From the IMG/VR virus record IMGVR_UViG_3300037483_001825, positions 1 through 62,394 of that record: a stretch of 62,394 nt of DNA. One strand, written 5' to 3'. Numbering within the stretch: the first letter of the stretch is position 1; each line of letters begins with the position of its first letter. Of the stretch, positions 29,951 through 39,966 are shown one piece after another. The DNA comes from a virus (taxonomy: Duplodnaviria > Caudoviricetes). The notes under the pieces are model-generated. The model saw nothing but the letters and a program-made list of their open reading frames with translations, did no database searches and was not told the DNA's origin. Position numbers and translations under genes: made by a program.

Positions 29951-32900
29951 ACTAATTGCTCTGCGAATAGAAGCAGTTCTTCTTCACCTTCGGTACGTCC
30001 TGCCCTGGTAAGCATGTTGCGTATATATGTTTCAGGAACAATTTCAAAGAGCTGTTGGCGGGCATTCTCTACATTTCTAAGATCAAGACGTGAGATGTCT
30101 TTCAAAGAACCATCGCTCAAATCATCCAGTGTTTTAATAATGGAAATAATGTCCTCACAATAATCACGAGTTGTAGGCATTTCATCTGCAATTACCTTAA
30201 GGACATGAATGGCCTTGGCTCTTCGACCTTGAATTTTTGGTAACTCATGTTTCCCAAATAGCTTCTCCTTGGCTGTATTAAATGCCATGATAAAGTCGTC
30301 ACCAACTGATTCTCCTTTATCCTCTGGCTTCGCCTGAAAGTAAGATAAAGCAGATTCGGCAGCCACAACATCAGCTTCTACTTGATCCACACCATATGTA
30401 AAAATAGAATTGGAGCCTTTCTTTCCGAATACAACAACACCTTGTTTTCCGGTGTTACTACGTTTAATTCTACTTCTCCTTGGCAGGCGGTGAATTTTAT
30501 CCATGTCCTTAGTTTTAAGCGCCTTTTCGTAAGCTTCCCTGTGCGGAGCATCCCAAGACAATTGCTCATCTTGTTGTTTTGCTTTATCAAATTCGTCTTT
30601 GAAAAAGCTCGTTAATTCCTCATCGCTTGTAAGAGTTCTCGTATCACTGCCGACAACGGCATTAATAAGTTTTATTTTTAGAGTAGAGATTGATTTGAGT
30701 CTGGTTTCTTCTTCACCCACTGCTGTTGGGAAACAATTGTAAACATACAGATAATCAAACACTTTTTTGTTAATACGATTGATACGTCCTACTCTTTGGA
30801 TCACTCTAGTGGGATTATAAGGAATATCGTAGTTGATAACTATTCCAGCTCTGTGTAAGTTGAAACCTTCGCTTAGAGCATCAGTTGCCAATAGGACGTC
30901 GTAGTCGTTCTCCTGTAACTCTTGAGGATAGGAAGCGTCAAAGTTTGCTTTAATGATCTTTTTATAGGTATCAGTACCTTCTGCTGCCGTATATCTGGTA
31001 ACACGATTAAAGCCGCGCTTTTGAAGTTCTCGGTGAAGATAATCAACAGTGTCTTTGTAGCTTGAAAAGATAACAATTTTTCTATCTGGGTTTTCTGATA
31101 AGAACCCTTTCAGTTTTAATACAAGTTCGTCTAGCTTTGGATCTAGATCAGCATAATTGGAATTGGAATACCATTGACGATGAATTGATCTAAGTAACTC
31201 AGTATCGTGTCGGACATCCTCGATGAACTTAGGATTCAACAAACTCTTGTCAATCTCTAGAAATCCCTTCTTGCTTCTCAAAAGCTCTAAATCTTGAGCA
31301 AGGGAGTCTCCTTCCTCTCCATCTTCCAAATCATAGTCTTTGGGATCTGGAAATTGCCCCTTTTTCATAATTGGCACAGATCCAAGTTCGTTCCACCAGT
31401 TTTCTATTTTTTCATTGGATTCAATCATCTTCTCAAGGGTAGAGCGGAAGGCATCTCTTGAACTTTCAAAACGCATAACCAGAAGTCGTCTCATAAATTG
31501 CGCCAAGTTAGACTGAGCGATTTTAATGTCCTCAACATCCTCGAATTCTTCTTTATATTTTTCAATGAACTTTTTCCTACTTTCCTCACTCATGTACTCT
31601 GAGGCGGTTGGTTTATAGCGAGCTCCTATAAATCCCTGATTTTCAGGTTTTGTGATCAAACCGAGAGTTTCGATATAAAGATCATATAAATCTCCAAGGT
31701 CATATTCGAGTAAGTTAGGCCCCTTCACTTCTGAGAAATCAACGCCTTGAGCAGCTAAGTCTTCTCTATATCTAGTGATATATTTAAGATCTAACCTGGA
31801 ACGACGAATAAGAATAGGTTCGATGAGTCTTCGTTGTTCAATTGCTATTTCTTTTGCCTCCTTGTCTACTTCATCTGCATTCAAGTCTCTCGCCATGTCT
31901 CGTCTCAGCTTCTTGTATCGCTGAATTAGCTCTCGATATCTCAAACTTAAATTATCGACAGAACGCATTGTGGATTGGCCAGGAGTTTGAAAGAGTTTTA
32001 GAAGGGCGAAAACATCCTTGGGATCGTTGTTAAATGGTGTTGCAGTAAGTAGCAGTACTTTGTTATCAGGATTTCCTCTACAGACTTGGTGAAGTAATTT
32101 GTAATCGTTTGTGTCTTCGTTACGATATCGATGAGCTTCATCCAACACGAATAAAATTGGTTCTCTGGATTCTTTATATCTTTCATAAACCTCATTTATC
32201 TTGCCAGAGCTGAATACCTTTGATCCACGGATGCCAAATTGCTCTTTATAATCATCCCACTGAGGAATAAGGTGAGGTGGCGAAATGATAACTGTACGCA
32301 TGTCCATATTGTGAGCTACAGCCGCAGAAATAATACTTTTACCTAAGCCAACCACATCAGCTAAAATTGCTCCATCGTATTTTTTCAGTTTATCTATAAC
32401 CATCTTAATAGCATCAATCTGGTACTCAAGATCGTTATACAAACCCTTTGTGATAACCTTAGGGGTTTGCAGTGAATTCACCTCAGTTTGGTGAAACAAT
32501 TCATGCAAGATCCGAATGCAAATATCGTATGGATTAGGAATGGCATATTTCCAAATTCGAGGCTTGATAGTCTTTATGAAGTCATCCTTGGTATTAATAT
32601 CAGCGATTGCAATAGACTGAGAATCACTCCACATACGTTCAAATTCAGATTGATACTCTGTGAATTTGCTCTTTTCTCGACTAGAATCATTAAGCTCTCC
32701 TTGACCAATTAAGCCTCTATAAGTCAAATTGCTTGATCCCATGAACATGGTCCCAGGAAAGTCACCGCTCTGAGAAGCATCAGGTTTATTGTGAACAAGG
32801 TAAAACTTTCCATGATAATCAGATACTGTTTTCCGAATTTCCAACGTTCCGTTTTTAAGCTTCTCTAAATATAGATCAAAAACTTCGTTTGACTGATCGC

Positions 32901-33231
32901 TATCGAAAATATCGCTGTCATTCATAAAGCCGACAAACGCATCAACATAATTTAATTTACGAACTGTCCTGGAATTAGTATTGTCACGAGATTGCCACTT
33001 GGAGAGATCGATATCACCTTCTTTTGACTGTTGAACAATCTTAGGTATTAATTGAGGATCAACTTCCAAACCCACCAAGATTCTGATCTTTTTATCCTTT
33101 AACTGCTCAAACAGCGCTTGAAATCCTGAAAAATAGAAAAAACCAACTGCAATATCTACACTATCAGCAGTTTGGAGCGCATTCTTTAGTGCCTCCTGCA
33201 AAGTCTGGTTTTTATTATCAATCAGTGCCAT
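29947..33231 (-). CDS. PLD-nuclease / SNF2-like helicase fusion
   Basis: HGKFY + GSSNLT (PLD), ADVVGLGKS, DEAH, TATP, SEGFNL, QRVGRINR. Confidence 0.88.
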   Translation of the reverse strand: MALIDNKNQTLQEALKNALQTADSVDIAVGFFYFSGFQALFEQLKDKKIRILVGLEVDPQLIPKIVQQSKEGDIDLSKWQSRDNTNSRTVRKLNYVDAFVGFMNDSDIFDSDQSNEVFDLYLEKLKNGTLEIRKTVSDYHGKFYLVHNKPDASQSGDFPGTMFMGSSNLTYRGLIGQGELNDSSREKSKFTEYQSEFERMWSDSQSIAIADINTKDDFIKTIKPRIWKYAIPNPYDICIRILHELFHQTEVNSLQTPKVITKGLYNDLEYQIDAIKMVIDKLKKYDGAILADVVGLGKSIISAAVAHNMDMRTVIISPPHLIPQWDDYKEQFGIRGSKVFSSGKINEVYERYKESREPILFVLDEAHRYRNEDTNDYKLLHQVCRGNPDNKVLLLTATPFNNDPKDVFALLKLFQTPGQSTMRSVDNLSLRYRELIQRYKKLRRDMARDLNADEVDKEAKEIAIEQRRLIEPILIRRSRLDLKYITRYREDLAAQGVDFSEVKGPNLLEYDLGDLYDLYIETLGLITKPENQGFIGARYKPTASEYMSEESRKKFIEKYKEEFEDVEDIKIAQSNLAQFMRRLLVMRFESSRDAFRSTLEKMIESNEKIENWWNELGSVPIMKKGQFPDPKDYDLEDGEEGDSLAQDLELLRSKKGFLEIDKSLLNPKFIEDVRHDTELLRSIHRQWYSNSNYADLDPKLDELVLKLKGFLSENPDRKIVIFSSYKDTVDYLHRELQKRGFNRVTRYTAAEGTDTYKKIIKANFDASYPQELQENDYDVLLATDALSEGFNLHRAGIVINYDIPYNPTRVIQRVGRINRINKKVFDYLYVYNCFPTAVGEEETRLKSISTLKIKLINAVVGSDTRTLTSDEELTSFFKDEFDKAKQQDEQLSWDAPHREAYEKALKTKDMDKIHRLPRRSRIKRSNTGKQGVVVFGKKGSNSIFTYGVDQVEADVVAAESALSYFQAKPEDKGESVGDDFIMAFNTAKEKLFGKHELPKIQGRRAKAIHVLKVIADEMPTTRDYCEDIISIIKTLDDLSDGSLKDISRLDLRNVENARQQLFEIVPETYIRNMLTRAGRTEGEEELLLFAEQLV

Positions 33232-33233
33232 AG

Positions 33234-33422
33234 TTATTTGTTTTTCTTGTTAATAAACTTCTCAATATCTTCCTTCTTATAACGTCTCACCCTTTTTACC
33301 CCAATTCTCACGGCCGTAAGCACGCCTTTTTTATCCCAGAGCCTAAGAGTATTTGGGTGCACTTTCAAAATTTGTGCCGCTTCACTCAGTGTTAATAGTT
33401 CTTCCATAGGCTTACTTACCAT
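33234..33422 (-). CDS. MerR/excisionase-like HTH protein
   Basis: LLTLSEAAQILKVHPNTLRLWDKKG..RRY. Confidence 0.85.
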   Translation of the reverse strand: MVSKPMEELLTLSEAAQILKVHPNTLRLWDKKGVLTAVRIGVKRVRRYKKEDIEKFINKKNK

Positions 33423-33558
33423 TAGATACTAATAGAATACAAAATATTTCCATTTATTTCAACAGTTCATTATACCTTCAATCAGGCTTTTACACTTACC
33501 AACATTAACGAACTAGCATTTTTATACCCAATTTTATAGCCTAAAAGAATAAATTAAC

Positions 33559-33630
33559 CGCCTAACGAATCTATCGGGGCTTGGGATTCTCTATTTTTCC
33601 AAAAGTAGACGAACCTAAGCCCTTTTTTTT
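33559..33630 (+). promoter_or_regulatory. conserved leader motif copy 1 overlapping a terminator-like hairpin
   Basis: CGCCTAACGAATCTATCGGGGCT, stem 33577-33622, then T8, 16 nt before portal ATG. Confidence 0.65.
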
Positions 33631-33646
33631 GTTAGTCAACACCACT

Positions 33647-35536
33647 ATGCCAAAACCCAAAGTCAAAGAAACTAAAATCACACCCCAGAAAAGATACCAG
33701 CCTTCTGAGCGTGACGAAGAACTCTTAAAAAAATGGAAGGCTCGATTTAAGCGAGCTAAAGAGTTTCGTGAACCATACCAAGCAAAATGGCTGAGAATGT
33801 ACAGGCTTTACCGTGCGTACCAACATAAACAGAATTACGCTTACAACACCCGACTGATGCCCCCGATTGCCTTTGAGATTGTCAAAACAGTTGTTTCCCG
33901 CCTTGCTACTGCCAAGCGCAAAACACGAATAATACCTAGAGATAAAGGGGACGTTGAATCAACTTCTTTACTGTCCTGGGACGACTTGGTGAATTATGAC
34001 TTCGACATTATCGAGTTGGCCAAGAAACTCCCCAACTGGATAGAGTCTTCAGTGTTGTATGGAAATGGGATAGTCAAGCTTGCATGGAAAATGAAAAGCA
34101 GGAAGAAATCTGATGGCTCGTTTAAAACTCTATATGATGACCCCACCATGATCTTGTGTGATCTTTGGGACTTCCTGCCGGCTCCGGAAACAGAAGATCT
34201 TCAAGAAGGCTGTCCTTGGCTCATTCATCGGATAATAAAAACCAAGGAAAAAATCACCAAAGAAGAAGAAAGTCGTGGTGAAAATAACATTTATAAGAAT
34301 CTGGAGTTTTGTGAACCTAAAGTCGTAGAGGATTGGAAAAAAGAGCGATACGAGATTAACACTAAAAAGATGTCGCAAATTGACGGCGATATCAAAAAAG
34401 CTGACACTGGGGAGCAAAAAGTCTTACCGGCTAAAAATGATCAAGAGAAACAACTGGAACTATGGGAATGCTGGGACTATGAGGATGACGAGTTGGTGGT
34501 TATTGCTAACGGCGAAGTTGTAATTAGAGATGATGAAAACCCCTACTTGGATATAAATGACGGGCATATTTTTGTTGACTTGCCTGATATGTCACTACTT
34601 TGGGAATTTTGGGCTACTGGCCATGTTGAGCCAGTTGAAAGCACCATCATGGAGATTGCTGATCTTCGTAATCAGCGTATGGATGATGTGATCTTGATGT
34701 TAGATCCAGTAGTCAAGATTCGCAAAGACACTGGCATAACTAAAAATGACATCATCTTCTCACCAGGTGCGGTGTGGGAACTCAGGAAAATGGATGATGT
34801 GGTGATTGAACGTCCTCCTGAAATCAGCTTAATGGGGCTCAATGAGGACAAACTCCTAAGGGATGAGATATCCAGAACTCTAGCTCTAGGTGAGTACCTG
34901 CAGGGTCTTCCCAGATCGTCAAGCGAGCCACTTGGCAAGGTAGCAATGTTATTAGGTCAAAGCAATTTGCGACTAAGCATAAACGCACAAAATATTTCCA
35001 ATGCGTTAACAACTGTGGCCAATATTCTTATTCAGCTAAATCGTGAATTCTTAAGTGAAGACAAACTCTATCGTATTGTGGGAAACAATGTCAATTTCAA
35101 GGAATTTAAATCTGACGACAAGAAAGTCCATGTAGATGCCATTGTAGAGGTTGAGCCGGTGATACCGCCTGATAAACAAGCCAGACTAAATCAAATTTTA
35201 CTCTTATACGATAAATTCATTGCCCAAGACAAACCGGACCCCAGCGATCCAGTGGGTATAAAACAGTGGTTGGTTCGCAAACGAGCTCTACAAAAGATGA
35301 TTTTAGAGGAGTTGGATTTCGAACAATACGTCGATATCCTGCTTGGTCCCGAAGTGACATTAAAGCAGGAGGAGGCTGAAGAAGCGCCACCGAAAGTGGA
35401 AGCCGTTGCCCCTGTGGCGCCTTCTAACGGCACTTTGCCTGCAAATACAACCAAAGCACCACCTATGGCGGATACGAACAAAATTAGAGAGTTAATCGGG
35501 AAAATTCCAGAGTTAGGTAAAATGCTTACAAATTGA
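33647..35536 (+). CDS. portal protein (podovirus-like)
   Basis: ~630 aa; YGNGIVKLAW, DLWDFLP.P, N.RMD; size and position; ORF track start 33581 lies inside the hairpin. Confidence 0.8.
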   Translation: MPKPKVKETKITPQKRYQPSERDEELLKKWKARFKRAKEFREPYQAKWLRMYRLYRAYQHKQNYAYNTRLMPPIAFEIVKTVVSRLATAKRKTRIIPRDKGDVESTSLLSWDDLVNYDFDIIELAKKLPNWIESSVLYGNGIVKLAWKMKSRKKSDGSFKTLYDDPTMILCDLWDFLPAPETEDLQEGCPWLIHRIIKTKEKITKEEESRGENNIYKNLEFCEPKVVEDWKKERYEINTKKMSQIDGDIKKADTGEQKVLPAKNDQEKQLELWECWDYEDDELVVIANGEVVIRDDENPYLDINDGHIFVDLPDMSLLWEFWATGHVEPVESTIMEIADLRNQRMDDVILMLDPVVKIRKDTGITKNDIIFSPGAVWELRKMDDVVIERPPEISLMGLNEDKLLRDEISRTLALGEYLQGLPRSSSEPLGKVAMLLGQSNLRLSINAQNISNALTTVANILIQLNREFLSEDKLYRIVGNNVNFKEFKSDDKKVHVDAIVEVEPVIPPDKQARLNQILLLYDKFIAQDKPDPSDPVGIKQWLVRKRALQKMILEELDFEQYVDILLGPEVTLKQEEAEEAPPKVEAVAPVAPSNGTLPANTTKAPPMADTNKIRELIGKIPELGKMLTN

Positions 35537-35545
35537 GAGTTGGCT

Positions 35546-35573
35546 TTGATTTATTGCCTTGAGTGAATATAAT
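35546..35573 (+). promoter_or_regulatory. sigma70-like promoter at left edge of island 2
   Basis: TTGATT-16nt-TATAAT, 7 nt before ATG 35581 (possibly leaderless). Confidence 0.5.
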
Positions 35574-35580
35574 TGAAAGT

Positions 35581-35832
35581 ATGAAGGTAAGAAAAGTAAA
35601 ACTCTTCATAACAATGCTTATGGCAATATTGTTTGCAATAGTCGGCATAATCGTTGGTTATCAACTTAGAGGCAATTCCAGACCAACTAGCTGTGCAGAA
35701 CTCGGCGCAACTTATCTTGAAATTGGAAAAGAAGAGTTGGGGATAACAGACTTCGGATCAGACGAATGGATAAGGTTAATTGATGATGAAACAAAGTTTA
35801 CGAATGACTGTTACAAAAGCATGAATAAATAG
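35581..35832 (+). CDS. small membrane-anchored protein
   Basis: N-terminal TM, two Cys. Confidence 0.6.
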   Translation: MKVRKVKLFITMLMAILFAIVGIIVGYQLRGNSRPTSCAELGATYLEIGKEELGITDFGSDEWIRLIDDETKFTNDCYKSMNK

Positions 35833-35833
35833 T

Positions 35834-37396
35834 ATGGATAAAATAACCCTCTCCTTCCAAACAATCTCCTTGCTTATCAACTCAGGTGAATCAAAAAAAG
35901 CACTACAGAGATTAACTGAGTTCGAAAGGGAAAACTCTGATGACAAAAGGCTGGTATTTTATAAGCCTGGTTTTCTAGTTGATATAGGAAATGACCTCAG
36001 AGATGAAAAAGTCATTAGTGAGGGTATCAATATTGGCGAGCAAACATTATTAAAAACAAACAATAACAAGACAAAGGCTTATCTCCACTACTGCCTGGCA
36101 AATGGGTACACATGTCTATATCAGCTTACTGAAAGAATGGGTGGTGCTGTGGACAGAACCATACCTCAAAGCGAGAATCTTCTCAAGGCTAAACAACACT
36201 TGCTTCAAGCCACACATATTGAAATTGATGACTCAAGTCTAGAAGTCCAATTGTTGGTTAATCTGGGAAACTGCTTAGACACATTTGGTAGAGGGATTGA
36301 GGCAATTCACGCTTATGACAAGGCTCTTCGTTTGAGTAAAAACTTCCCAATGGCAGTAGCTAATAGAGCAAAGGCACTTCGGGGTTTTGCTGAGATTTCT
36401 GATAAATATCGACCTTCGATATATGTTACGGCTTACCAGGATATTAAATCGGTCCTAGATGATTCAAGGCTTGTACAAGTTGGTGGGCTTGAAGCAAAAA
36501 AGGAATTTGAGCGTGAGCTTATCTACATCGAGTCTCGTTTTGAAGATAAATCACTACTCAAGAAAAAAATTAAACACCCTCGATATAAAACTAATGGACT
36601 TACCAAGTTTGAAAAATACTACTTAGATTTCTGCAGTCACGAAAGGCTGTTTCTGAACTTTCATATTCATGACGACTTTTGCGAAGCAGCAATTGAAGAT
36701 CCTGTGTTCATCAGACTGATTACGAAAGTTGATGATAACGATACATTCTACAGCTTTGCAAAACAACTCAACCAGATCAAGGAAGATTACGCCGTAGCCA
36801 GGTTGAATCTGGTCCTATCCCAATACAAGCAAAAGTCGTTCGACAGCATTAGTAAGAGAACTAGTTATGTATATGCTTTGGACTATTCCCAATTTAATCT
36901 TTACATTGGTTTGCTGAAGTCGGCGTTTAAAGATGCCTTTAACATTCTGGACAAGATAGCCGTATTTATTAACGACTATTATGACTTGGGACTCAAAGAA
37001 AATAACATTTATTTTGTTACTGCATCCATCTGGGAAGGTAAAGGAATTATCAGGAAAGAAATACTTAACTCTGAAAACTTAAGCCTTTATGCTTTATACG
37101 ATATTTATCGTGATTTTAAATCAAATAGATATCAAAAAATGAAGCAAATCAGAAACGTTCTCACTCACAGAAGACTCATTGTTTTTGATTCCATAATTAC
37201 AAGTGTTGATGATAAGACTGATAAACACAACATAGATTCTGACACCTTTTTTAAGGAAACACTAGATCTGATGCGTCTAACTAAGGCAGCAATTATTTAC
37301 TTGATTAATTTTGTTAATACTGAGGAAGAAAAGAAAAAGAAAGCGAATGGAAAGTTAATATTGGATATGCCTGTGGATACGTCTCAGTTTCTGTAA
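35834..37396 (+). CDS. TPR + LA2681-like HEPN domain protein (putative Abi RNase)
   Basis: TPR NLGNCLDTFGR..EAI..YDKAL; FLN.H, NQIKEDY..AR, F..LDKIA, RNVLTH (RxxxxH). Confidence 0.8.
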   Translation: MDKITLSFQTISLLINSGESKKALQRLTEFERENSDDKRLVFYKPGFLVDIGNDLRDEKVISEGINIGEQTLLKTNNNKTKAYLHYCLANGYTCLYQLTERMGGAVDRTIPQSENLLKAKQHLLQATHIEIDDSSLEVQLLVNLGNCLDTFGRGIEAIHAYDKALRLSKNFPMAVANRAKALRGFAEISDKYRPSIYVTAYQDIKSVLDDSRLVQVGGLEAKKEFERELIYIESRFEDKSLLKKKIKHPRYKTNGLTKFEKYYLDFCSHERLFLNFHIHDDFCEAAIEDPVFIRLITKVDDNDTFYSFAKQLNQIKEDYAVARLNLVLSQYKQKSFDSISKRTSYVYALDYSQFNLYIGLLKSAFKDAFNILDKIAVFINDYYDLGLKENNIYFVTASIWEGKGIIRKEILNSENLSLYALYDIYRDFKSNRYQKMKQIRNVLTHRRLIVFDSIITSVDDKTDKHNIDSDTFFKETLDLMRLTKAAIIYLINFVNTEEEKKKKANGKLILDMPVDTSQFL

Positions 37397-37436
37397 GACT
37401 TTTCCGGTAATTTTTTATATAATCTAGGTACATCCT

Positions 37437-39536
37437 ATGGAACAAAAAGCTGATCACACTATGGAGAGAGAAACACCTACAACCTTACACGCTCTGCGCA
37501 AAGATAACCAAACAGAAATTTTGGGGCATTTTTCTCCTGACCAACAGCAGGAAATTCAACACAGACAGCAAATTCTCTCCTCCTTGGCATACTTTATTGG
37601 TAAAGACTTTCAAATACCTGTTGAGCTAAATAAACCTGGTGCTGGCTGGCATTGGGACTTTGGTAAAAATATTATTCGCATCGACCCCAAAGATTTACTT
37701 GAAAAAGATATGGACTACCTGCGTTTTGTTATTTCCCATGAAGGTGGTCATAGGCGTGTTTCACGAACAGAGGATATTCCCACCGAAACCTGGCAAAAGC
37801 CTGGCTTCTCTTTCATGATGAACGCAATTGAAGACCCCAGAACAAATAATTTTGTAGCTGAAGCTTACCCTCGCTTTCGTGACCAGATGGACATTGCTTA
37901 TCAAGAAGATCTAGATTTTGAGGGTAAAACAAAAGAAAAAGCTCAGGATCAGTTGGGCTACACCCCACGATTTATGCAAGCCGGTTTTGAGTACATTCGT
38001 CAATGGTACAGAGAAACTCAAGGCGAAGAATTGGGAACTTTGAGTGAAGACTTACCGGAAGAAGTAAAAACTGTAGTTAACCAGACCTTGGAAAGTGCGC
38101 GGGATTCTTGGTTGCGTTACCCTTCAAAACAGGAGGCTGATGAGAGTGAAGAACTAATCAGAAGGTATGCCAATGTCAGTTATGAAATTAACAGAGATGA
38201 AGTCTGGCCAAAATTTCAGAAACTGGTTGAGGAGGATATGCAAGACCAGGAAATGCAGGAGTTTATGAAAGATATGCAGGGTGATGGGGAAGGTGATGGA
38301 CAACAAGGACTCCCACAGGAACTTTCTGATTCACTTACAGAGGATGAGCAAAAAGAATTAGAAGAAGCGATAGAAAATGCCCAGCAAGGAAATCAAACTG
38401 GTTCGGAAGGTACCGGCCAATCTAAGGCAATTGATCTTGACTCTCTTTCTGAAGGTCTTAAACAAAAAATTAAGGATTATATTGATTCTCTACCAGAAGA
38501 TGTCAAACGGGAGTTAGCGGAGAAAGCACAGCAGGCTCTACAGGACTTCGAGCGTGAAGTAAATGAAGAATTTGAAGGAAAGCTATCAGATAATCCAGAA
38601 AAACTAGCACAGCGCGGTGAAACTACTGAAAGTCAAAAAAAAGAGTCAAGACAGGAATCAGAAGATGAAAGTGAAACTGAGAACCGCCCAGAGCAAACTA
38701 CTGACCAAAAACGATTTAAAGACTTGATAGAAAAAGCCTTGCTTGGAGATGAAAATACTTATGAAGAATATCGTCGCGATGTACTTCCCTTGATTGACAC
38801 GCTTGAGTCTGACTTGCGAGAAATTTTTGTAGCCAGAAGATCTCAAAAATGGCAAACAGGGTTCAAATCTGGAAAGCGCATCGATATTAAACGTAGAATG
38901 CAAGAAAAGGCGTTAGGGATTTCTGCAGTCGAAAGCAGAGCTTGGCAAAAGCGTGAAGTTCCTCAGGAAAAAGATTATGCGATTAGTTTACTAGTCGATT
39001 TGTCGGGCTCCATGCGAGGACAAAAAATTAGAGAGACATTCAGAGCGGCAGTTGTGCTCGCTGAGGTGCTTAACAGACTCTCAATCAACACCGAAATTCT
39101 TGGTTTCAATGACAGGCTTTATGAATACCAACCATTTGGGCAAGACATGAGCCGTGAGGTAAGAGAACACATGGGTGGAATACTTCAGGAAGTAGATACT
39201 TCTGCCGCTGCACACAATGATGACGGCTGGGCTGTACAACAAGCTTCAGAGAGATTAGCGCGTCAAACCGCAGCTGAGAAATTTTTATTTGTACTTTCTG
39301 ATGGTCTACCAGAAGAATCAAGCGCCCACTCTGGACTAGAGTATGAGCTTGGCAAAACTGTTAATCAGATAATGCGGGATACAGATCAAAAATTAATTGG
39401 TCTGGGTATTGGTCCCGGAACAGATCATGTCGGGAGATATTATCCAAATAGTGTGGCAAATATTGGAGTGCGCGAAATGTCGGAGAAATTAGCTGATATT
39501 ATTAGAGAAGTAATCGCCAATTATGACACTTTCTAG
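37437..39536 (+). CDS. metallopeptidase-like + vWA domain protein (CobT-like architecture)
   Basis: HEGGH (HExxH) and NAIEDPR; acidic linker; MIDAS DLSGS, NDDG, LSDG. Confidence 0.85.
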   Translation: MEQKADHTMERETPTTLHALRKDNQTEILGHFSPDQQQEIQHRQQILSSLAYFIGKDFQIPVELNKPGAGWHWDFGKNIIRIDPKDLLEKDMDYLRFVISHEGGHRRVSRTEDIPTETWQKPGFSFMMNAIEDPRTNNFVAEAYPRFRDQMDIAYQEDLDFEGKTKEKAQDQLGYTPRFMQAGFEYIRQWYRETQGEELGTLSEDLPEEVKTVVNQTLESARDSWLRYPSKQEADESEELIRRYANVSYEINRDEVWPKFQKLVEEDMQDQEMQEFMKDMQGDGEGDGQQGLPQELSDSLTEDEQKELEEAIENAQQGNQTGSEGTGQSKAIDLDSLSEGLKQKIKDYIDSLPEDVKRELAEKAQQALQDFEREVNEEFEGKLSDNPEKLAQRGETTESQKKESRQESEDESETENRPEQTTDQKRFKDLIEKALLGDENTYEEYRRDVLPLIDTLESDLREIFVARRSQKWQTGFKSGKRIDIKRRMQEKALGISAVESRAWQKREVPQEKDYAISLLVDLSGSMRGQKIRETFRAAVVLAEVLNRLSINTEILGFNDRLYEYQPFGQDMSREVREHMGGILQEVDTSAAAHNDDGWAVQQASERLARQTAAEKFLFVLSDGLPEESSAHSGLEYELGKTVNQIMRDTDQKLIGLGIGPGTDHVGRYYPNSVANIGVREMSEKLADIIREVIANYDTF

Positions 39537-39553
39537 TATACTATGCATATCAT

Positions 39554-39961
39554 ATGACAAATACATTTGAAGATTTTCTAAAATACACTAAATCCCAAAA
39601 AGAAGTTTCTCTAGTGATTGCTAAGGATGATAATGAGTTTGATAGTTTCTTAAAGAAGCTGGGTGATGCTCAGTTTAGACAGGCAGTTGATACTTCTGAC
39701 TTGTTTAAGCATATTACAAAGGCTTCAAAATCTTTTGTAGCAGTCAAAGACACTTTGTCTAAGGATCTATATGATTTTGCAGTGCAGTACCCTACTGGTC
39801 AGGTTGAGATTTACGATAAGTTTAATTTAAAATCCCAAATAATTACACCAGTTTATAACGATGTTACTGTTGTTTACGTATTAACTAAGGCTGCCCTTAA
39901 GAAAACCCAGGAGTCCGGGTTTAGGATTCTTGAGATAGCAGGTATTACATATCAAAGCTAA
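39554..39961 (+). CDS. hypothetical protein between vWA and AAA genes
   Basis: 135 aa, tightly spaced in operon; YDFAVQYPTGQVEI. Confidence 0.7.
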   Translation: MTNTFEDFLKYTKSQKEVSLVIAKDDNEFDSFLKKLGDAQFRQAVDTSDLFKHITKASKSFVAVKDTLSKDLYDFAVQYPTGQVEIYDKFNLKSQIITPVYNDVTVVYVLTKAALKKTQESGFRILEIAGITYQS

Positions 39962-39966
39962 AAACT

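Noticed and set aside
27176-33231. DISARM or BREX system
   Set aside because: SNF2/PLD and adenine MTase present but no drmA/drmB or pglZ/brxC
33581-33646. N-terminal extension of portal from TTG 33581
   Set aside because: Runs through the terminator hairpin; ATG 33647 is more plausible
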